This document shows positions 57,900 to 64,000 of a stretch of DNA of 64,000 nt, piece after piece. Position numbers and translations under genes: made by a program. The stretch comes from a virus. Lineage: Duplodnaviria; Caudoviricetes. The stretch covers positions 32,001 through 96,000 of the IMG/VR virus record IMGVR_UViG_3300018430_000021, one strand, 5' to 3'. The notes beneath the pieces are model-generated. The model was not told the DNA's origin. It saw only the letters and a list, made by a program, of their open reading frames with translations, and did not search any database. Each line of letters begins with the position of its first letter. Position 1 is the stretch's first letter.

Positions 57900-59528
57900 T
57901 TACATCATCGGCATTCCGTCGATTGTCGGAGCAGCTGCATGGCAGGAACAGGATTCCTTTTCCGGCTTCTCACAGATAACACATTCGGTAGTGATAACCA
58001 TGGAAGCAACAGAAGCAGCATTCTTGAGAGCCGTAATCGTAACGATTGCCGGGTCAATAACACCGGAATCAACGAGGTTTTCATAAACGTCAGTCTTGGC
58101 GTTATAACCTTCGTTACCGGAGAGTTCCTTGACCTTGTTAACGATAACGTCAGCAGACTTACCAGCATTTTGGGCAATCTGACGGAGCGGTTCTTCAACT
58201 GCACGACGGATAATATTTACACCGGTCTTCTGGTCAGCTGTTTCAACCTTGAGGTTGTCAAGAACAGACTGAGCACGGATGAGAGCGACACCACCACCAG
58301 GAACAATACCGCCAAGAGCAGCAGCCTTAGTAGCATGGAGAGCGTCATCAACGCGGTCCTTCTTTTCCTTCATTTCAACTTCAGTAGCAGCACCGACCTT
58401 AATAACTGCGACACCGCCAGAAAGGCGTGCTACACGTTCTGCAATCTTGCTACGTTCGTAGTCAGATTCAGTTTCAAGACCGAGATTCTTAAGGCTTGCA
58501 ACATGAGACTTAATTGCTTCAGTATCGCCAGCACCTTCGATAATAGTGGTAGAATCCTTGGTAATCTTGACGGTCTTTGCAGAACCGAGATAAGAAGGAT
58601 CGATTTCTTCGAGCTTAACACCGATTTCATCACTAACCAAGGTACCGCCAGTAAGAACTGCAATATCCTTGAGGTTGTTAATACGAGAATCACCATAACC
58701 AGGAGCCTTAACAGCAGCAACCTTGATAGTTCCACGCATTTTATTGATAACAAGGGCTGCAAGAGCTTCGCCATCAACATCTTCAGCGATAATGAGAAGC
58801 GGCTTATTGTTCTGGGCACAGAATTCGAGAGTCGGTACGAGTTCCTTCATTGTAGAAATCTTGTGACCGTACATAAGGATGACCGGATTTTCAAGAACGC
58901 AGGACATATTTTCTTCGGTAGAGAAATACGGAGAAAGATAGCCGTTGCCAAACTGCATACCTTCAACAACGTCGAGAACAGTATCAGCGGTACGAGATTC
59001 TTCAATAGTGATAACACCGTCGTTTCCGACCTTTTCCATAGCGTCGGCAAGGAGATTACCAATTTCTTCATCACCATTAGCAGAAATAGTACCAACCTGA
59101 GCAATAGCCTTTTTGTCAGTAACCTTGATAGCATTCTTTTCTACTTCGTTAATAATCGCGTCTACGGCTGCGTCCATGCCCTTTTTAAGTTCAATTGGGT
59201 TTGCACCAGCGGTAACGTTTTTAAGGCCTTCACGAGCGATTGCGAGCGAAAGAATGCTAGACGTGGTAGTACCATCACCTGCAATTTCATTGGTCTTGGA
59301 TGCAACGTCCTTAACGAGCTGTGCACCCTGATTTTCGAACGGATCCGGTAAATCAATGGAACGAGCTACAGACACACCGTCCTTCGTTACAACCGGACGT
59401 GAGCCAGTTGCAATCATAACATTTCGACCTGCAGGACCGAGCGTTGTCGCAACAGCCTTGGTCAACTTACTAATACCATTGAGAAGCTTTTCACGTGCTT
59501 CTGTATCGAATTTCATTTCCTTTGACAT
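57900..59528 (-). CDS. groEL: Chaperonin GroEL (Cpn60)
   Basis: [65 protein letters not shown]. Confidence 0.97.
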   Translation of the reverse strand: MSKEMKFDTEAREKLLNGISKLTKAVATTLGPAGRNVMIATGSRPVVTKDGVSVARSIDLPDPFENQGAQLVKDVASKTNEIAGDGTTTSSILSLAIAREGLKNVTAGANPIELKKGMDAAVDAIINEVEKNAIKVTDKKAIAQVGTISANGDEEIGNLLADAMEKVGNDGVITIEESRTADTVLDVVEGMQFGNGYLSPYFSTEENMSCVLENPVILMYGHKISTMKELVPTLEFCAQNNKPLLIIAEDVDGEALAALVINKMRGTIKVAAVKAPGYGDSRINNLKDIAVLTGGTLVSDEIGVKLEEIDPSYLGSAKTVKITKDSTTIIEGAGDTEAIKSHVASLKNLGLETESDYERSKIAERVARLSGGVAVIKVGAATEVEMKEKKDRVDDALHATKAAALGGIVPGGGVALIRAQSVLDNLKVETADQKTGVNIIRRAVEEPLRQIAQNAGKSADVIVNKVKELSGNEGYNAKTDVYENLVDSGVIDPAIVTITALKNAASVASMVITTECVICEKPEKESCSCHAAAPTIDGMPMM

Positions 59529-59544
59529 TTATTTTCCTCTATAA

Positions 59545-60006
59545 TTACTGCTTTTCAACAAGAGTTGTATCAAACTGAACCGTAATCTTCTTACCAGTTT
59601 CCGGGTCGATAGCCTTATACTTCAAGAGAGAACTAAGATTAGTATCGAGGTCCTTATCGAGTTCCTTTACGAACGAAAGGATATATTCGGTAGACCAAGT
59701 TCCATCCTTAGCTTCCTTACGAGTAGTATCGATTTGGTCAAGACGAGCATCGAAAACATATTGGTCGAAAGTCATTTCATACTTCATGCGATAATCAGAA
59801 AGCGGAATGGCGCTCTTAATCCAAACGTCCTGAGTAGCATTGGAAGCAAAAAGACTCATCAAATCAATCTGACCGCGGAATTGCTGCGGGAAAGTACGGA
59901 TTGATGTATCTTCAACAACCTTCAATTTGAAAGAAACGATAACAGCGTCTTTCTTGATAATCGGCTGGAACTTCGTCATTACTGCTTTAAACTTAATGTC
60001 ACTCAT
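59545..60006 (-). CDS. Hypothetical protein
   Basis: Operonic with groEL. Confidence 0.8.
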   Translation of the reverse strand: MSDIKFKAVMTKFQPIIKKDAVIVSFKLKVVEDTSIRTFPQQFRGQIDLMSLFASNATQDVWIKSAIPLSDYRMKYEMTFDQYVFDARLDQIDTTRKEAKDGTWSTEYILSFVKELDKDLDTNLSSLLKYKAIDPETGKKITVQFDTTLVEKQ

Positions 60007-60386
60007 TAGTTAGTCTCCTTGTTAGTTTCTTCAGTTTTTGTATTATCTTGAACCCACTTGTTCAATGCGAAAACATCCATTTCATGACTTTCAGGTTCGG
60101 TAATTACACCAGCCTTAAGCATATTCGTAATTGCATTGTAATAGGCAATTTCACGACCTGTCTTCTTACTGAAAGTGTCCTTATAAGAACAATAGGCATA
60201 GCCCTTATAAACAGTGGACATATCTGCATGGTCAATAACTTCACCGATTGCAACAACCGTATTATGTTCCTGCCAAGTAACAGAAATTGTACGTCCATAC
60301 TGGTCCTTCGAGAACTTTGCCTTATCTTCTGTACGATAACGAACCTTAATGATAAATGTTCGTCCATTTGATAATGTTAATCTCAT
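60006..60386 (-). CDS. Hypothetical phage protein (CS..D.F.K..GR..A motif)
   Basis: AAGGA RBS. Confidence 0.75.
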   Translation of the reverse strand: MRLTLSNGRTFIIKVRYRTEDKAKFSKDQYGRTISVTWQEHNTVVAIGEVIDHADMSTVYKGYAYCSYKDTFSKKTGREIAYYNAITNMLKAGVITEPESHEMDVFALNKWVQDNTKTEETNKETN

Positions 60387-60471
60387 AGTTTCTTCCTTAT
60401 TAAATTTTGCAAATAAATATAGCTAATGTTAAAAAACATTAGCCATATAGTAATAGATTTTTTCTGGATTT

Positions 60472-61674
60472 TTAAATAATATTCGGAGACTTTGTATCGA
60501 AAATGCAAAGCATCTCGTTTATGTGACCGTCTGATTCCAACCAGCATTCACTGTTATTGATGAAATCATACTGCCAATTCAAAACCTCGTTATACTTATC
60601 TTTTTTGCAGAGTTTCCAGAACATTGTATCTATTTCGTCGATAGAAGATGTATCGAAGAACTTACATTCTGGATGAATTTCTCGATACGGACTATCATCG
60701 TTTGCCTTGAAAACGTCGCCGATAAATACACAACCGCAAGCACAAGCTTCTGTAAATCTTAAAGAAGACTTACATCTGTTGAACGGGTTATCGACGATGG
60801 AAGCAATACTGAAATCGGCATGCAATTCCATAAACTTTCTCGGGAAGGTATGCGAGTCAGACCATGGAACGTATGTAATCTTGTTCTTGATAGGTTCAAA
60901 GAAGAACGGCAATGAACCTACAACAACGAAATCAATCTTGTCTTCTTTAACATTTTTAATAACCCAATCACAAAGCGCCGTATTCCAGTCACCTTTGTCA
61001 CCAGGCTGTCCAGGATGTCCATTCGGGAAATTCGGATTCTGACCAGGCTTAAGTGTAGGAATCGGTGTACGGAAATGTGTTGGACTTCCGGAATAAATTA
61101 CAACCGGTTTCTTAAGGTCTTCTTCTACTGGTTTCTTACGTTCAAAATTCCAAAGATAACGCGGAACAACGTTCTTTACAACCTTGACGTTATTGTGACC
61201 GAAAACTTTTTCGACCATCTTCTTAAGATACGGAGTAGAACAGATAACCTGGTCAACCATCGGAAGTACGGCTTTCATTACATCCATAATCTGGCCGATA
61301 TTGGACATAAATCCGTCATGACCAGGATTATAAGACGGAACTGCGTCATCTTTTCCTTCACCAGTAAGGAATACAAGATCATCGAATTCGGCGACAATCT
61401 TGTAATTGAATCGCGGCTGTAATTCCTTGTAACGTGTAATAATCTGAATGTCCATCGGATTGATTGGACGCTGGAAAATCAATGCCTTTGTTCTTGCAAG
61501 ATAACCTGGATCGAATGTCGGAAACGGCAAAACAATCGGATAAACACCCATGTTATGTCCGTTAATATATTCACTATTGTATCGAAGTCTTACATGACTG
61601 CAACCAGAATTATCCTTACAGAAAATTAGTGCAAGATTTTTTCCATCTGAATTTTCAGTATGTGCATTTAACAT
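60472..61674 (-). CDS. GT-B glycosyltransferase-like protein
   Basis: SGCSHVR, FQRP, EFDD, STPYL, YSGSPTH, FNRCKSSLRFTE. Confidence 0.75.
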   Translation of the reverse strand: MLNAHTENSDGKNLALIFCKDNSGCSHVRLRYNSEYINGHNMGVYPIVLPFPTFDPGYLARTKALIFQRPINPMDIQIITRYKELQPRFNYKIVAEFDDLVFLTGEGKDDAVPSYNPGHDGFMSNIGQIMDVMKAVLPMVDQVICSTPYLKKMVEKVFGHNNVKVVKNVVPRYLWNFERKKPVEEDLKKPVVIYSGSPTHFRTPIPTLKPGQNPNFPNGHPGQPGDKGDWNTALCDWVIKNVKEDKIDFVVVGSLPFFFEPIKNKITYVPWSDSHTFPRKFMELHADFSIASIVDNPFNRCKSSLRFTEACACGCVFIGDVFKANDDSPYREIHPECKFFDTSSIDEIDTMFWKLCKKDKYNEVLNWQYDFINNSECWLESDGHINEMLCIFDTKSPNII

Positions 61675-62354
61675 TAGTCTTCTTCACCTCTAAAATCATC
61701 GACCGTGTTAAGATTTTCATAAAAATCAAGACCCGGGATTTCTTTTTCTTTTCTTTCATTAAGCTGATTAATATAGAGAATAATAGCATTACTGATTAGC
61801 TGTGTAACAAATGCGAAAGCACTCGTATCTCTATCTTCATCATATCTATTTATATAGGTGAAAAGAGTCATTAAGCATTCTTGACGTATATCTTCAATAT
61901 CTTCGCGGTCCTTGCTTGTAACAAGCTTAAACGAAATAATACGACCGTTAATAACCTTCATGAATGCTTCACAAATTTCTTTCTTAATCAAGTCAAGTTC
62001 ATAGTTATAATGACGACGTTCTTCAGGACTTAACTTCATGTACATTTCACGTAATTCTGGAATATACTTTTCTTTCTTTGTAATAAAGTTCAGACTCGCC
62101 TGATACTGTTCATCTGTCATTAATTTGCTAAGCTTCTTCTTAAGTTCTTTTTCTTCTTTTTCGGGGAGATTTCCTTCTTGAAGCTTCGCCAAGATAATCG
62201 GTCGTTCTTCTTTCGCCTTAGCATACTTATTGTTAAGCTTACTACGATATGGACCGCACCAATTGCCTGTATCGTCTATGTTCTTTCTATTGTATTTGAT
62301 AATCAAATCTCGCAAATACTCATTTGATATGTAACCTTCCTGTTGTTCTTTCAT
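61674..62354 (-). CDS. Late-transcription sigma factor, T4 gp55-like
   Basis: YISN..L, EDIRQEC..YINRYD..SAFAFVTQ; matching TATAAATA promoters in the window. Confidence 0.75.
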   Translation of the reverse strand: MKEQQEGYISNEYLRDLIIKYNRKNIDDTGNWCGPYRSKLNNKYAKAKEERPIILAKLQEGNLPEKEEKELKKKLSKLMTDEQYQASLNFITKKEKYIPELREMYMKLSPEERRHYNYELDLIKKEICEAFMKVINGRIISFKLVTSKDREDIEDIRQECLMTLFTYINRYDEDRDTSAFAFVTQLISNAIILYINQLNERKEKEIPGLDFYENLNTVDDFRGEED

Positions 62355-62466
62355 ATTTCCTCTGCAAAATAAAATTAAAATACAATGTAAACATTGTATT
62401 TTAATATTTAAAATATAGTATTAATTGTAAAAAAATTTTTACAATTGGAATTTTTATTCTGAATTT

Positions 62467-63375
62467 TTAATGTGGAAGGAAGTTTTGTGGTGCCATACCA
62501 TTGTTTGTCATGGTATGATTATTCTTATTCAGCTCGGCTTCTTCTTCCTTGTAAATCTTATTGATTACCTGTTCCATGACTTCAACTTCTGGCCATGCCC
62601 AGTCATTTGTAATCTGAAGATGTGCATACTTACAGATACGGGCAATACGTTCCAGAACATTTGGAAGCGGGAAGAAAGTGAATAGATTATCGTCACTGAG
62701 GTCAATACTTATCGGCATTGTACCACCGCAATGAGGACAATGAATTAAGAATTCCTTATCAAAACCGCAGAAATTATTTTCTATAGTATTAAACAATTTC
62801 GCAGAATCAAGACCTGACATATTTTCTACGAGATTGCATTTTTGTTTAAACGGAATATCCAAATCAATCCATAATGCCATCTCTTCGATATATGTTTTCG
62901 GTTTATAAAGCGAATCTGAAAACTTAGGAATAGTTAAAGGCATTTCAACGTTATAATCTTCAAGATATATCTTTTTAATGAATTCTTTATCGAGATATTT
63001 AATCTTAAAATCAGAAAGTCTTACTTCAGCCTTATAAGCGGCTTTACATTCCGGGCATTCTTTAACGTCAAAAACATAGCTACTACCATTAGTAAAACTA
63101 TTGTTTCTAATCCAGAAAATTAGATAGATACGGTCAGGAAGATAAAGATCCTCCAGCTTTATATTCTCAAGATAAGAACATTTAAACAGAAGTTCGTTAC
63201 ATACTTCAGTTGCCAATTCCGGTCGATATGTAGCAAGAAACTTCACATCCAAAACAGACATGCTTCGCATTTTAATCTTAGCGTCTTTAGGATAGAACAT
63301 TCCTCGTGTTGGTAATTCGTTTAAAGGTATGTTCCAATAATTGTACTTATCATAAGAATATTGAGACGGATGCAT
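62467..63375 (-). CDS. Baseplate hub assembly protein, T4 gp26-like
   Basis: LPTRGMFYP, DRIYLIFWIR, CPEC and CPHC. Confidence 0.7.
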   Translation of the reverse strand: MHPSQYSYDKYNYWNIPLNELPTRGMFYPKDAKIKMRSMSVLDVKFLATYRPELATEVCNELLFKCSYLENIKLEDLYLPDRIYLIFWIRNNSFTNGSSYVFDVKECPECKAAYKAEVRLSDFKIKYLDKEFIKKIYLEDYNVEMPLTIPKFSDSLYKPKTYIEEMALWIDLDIPFKQKCNLVENMSGLDSAKLFNTIENNFCGFDKEFLIHCPHCGGTMPISIDLSDDNLFTFFPLPNVLERIARICKYAHLQITNDWAWPEVEVMEQVINKIYKEEEAELNKNNHTMTNNGMAPQNFLPH

Positions 63376-64000
63376 TACTTAAATTCACTCCACAACCAAT
63401 TATCATTTTCATCATTTGATAACTCTTCAACCATCATGTCGAGAGTCTTATCACCATTATCTACAAGCTGAACTGTCTTACAACTGTCAAGGTCGATTTC
63501 CGGCTGTAATGTTGCATAAACACCCCAATAAAGACCGGAAACAAGGTCATCATGAGTTCCCTTAGCACCCTTGAAAACGTTAGGCGAAACTTCTTCGAAA
63601 CGGGAAAGCTGAGCAATCGTATTGGCGTCATAAATTTTAAGGATTCTTGCGTCAATAAGTCTCTTTGTTTCCATACATGCATCAAGTTTTGATTTCTTAT
63701 CAGCACGAGTTCCAAGACCATGCTTATCTGTGTTAATCAAATTCGTATTTTCAAGAACATACCAAAGTTCTTCAGAAACCTGACGACCGACGTCATTATT
63801 TTCAAGAATATAATAAGCATTATTATACATCTTGGAAGTCTGGTCAATAATACGAGCGAATTTTCCAGGAGTTACGGTATTCGACATGTAAGTACAAACC
63901 TGTTCCATGTCGTTTCTTCCGTTGATTTTAATAACCTGAATTGCCGCATAGTCACCACCGACACCAGTCGCACAGTCAACACCCATGACATAGAGTGCAC
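63375..64000 (-). CDS. Large terminase subunit (T4 gp17-like), C-terminal nuclease domain, 5'-partial
   Basis: GVDCATGVGGDY, ENNDVG, HDDLV. Confidence 0.88.
   Translation of the reverse strand, partial: ALYVMGVDCATGVGGDYAAIQVIKINGRNDMEQVCTYMSNTVTPGKFARIIDQTSKMYNNAYYILENNDVGRQVSEELWYVLENTNLINTDKHGLGTRADKKSKLDACMETKRLIDARILKIYDANTIAQLSRFEEVSPNVFKGAKGTHDDLVSGLYWGVYATLQPEIDLDSCKTVQLVDNGDKTLDMMVEELSNDENDNWLWSEFK

Noticed and set aside
101-59351. Long antisense ORFs (e.g. 101-1438, 2334-3617, 14762-15700, 57861-59351)
   Set aside because: They are shadows of strongly codon-biased sense genes and lack promoters or RBSs.
1-64000. Stop-codon reassignment, as in some large gut phages
   Set aside because: Conserved genes (GroEL, terminase, AAA) are intact in code 11, and TAG and TGA terminate genes directly before promoters or terminators.

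Overview
The window is a 64-kb piece of a large T4-superfamily-like (jumbo) phage genome in the standard genetic code. It has five parts. (1) 1-43.8 kb is an early or accessory region of about 95 mostly short hypothetical genes. Nearly every gene or mini-operon has its own copy of one sigma70-type promoter cassette (TTKACA-N17-TATATT, usually with a CAAGAGGTTAA ribosome-binding site; about 75 copies by my count). This part also holds a vWA plus MoxR-type AAA+ pair, tRNA-Leu(TAA), a CAT-anticodon tRNA, an HNH nuclease and an inverted block at 39.1-41.9 kb. (2) 43.8-44.3 kb is a non-coding junction rich in palindromes and repeats. (3) 44.3-50.2 kb is a translationally coupled tandem array of 16 paralogous ~120-aa genes. 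(4) 50-57.8 kb mixes genes with T4-type late promoters (TATAAATA) and more small genes. (5) 57.9-64 kb is a minus-strand core block: GroEL, a glycosyltransferase, a gp55-like late sigma factor, a gp26-like baseplate hub protein and the large terminase nuclease domain. The most striking unexplained pattern is that about 35-40 proteins, many otherwise unrelated, end in the same short amphipathic C-terminal motif (..KAIEAL / KTLEVL / AIDNL). This tail is strongly associated with leaderless transcripts. Also notable are a reverse-complement Shine-Dalgarno element (GTTAACCTC) placed between stop codons and terminators, a fixed promoter element at -62, and a dispersed 76-bp non-coding repeat. All functional calls come from motif recognition by eye; no database searches were run.
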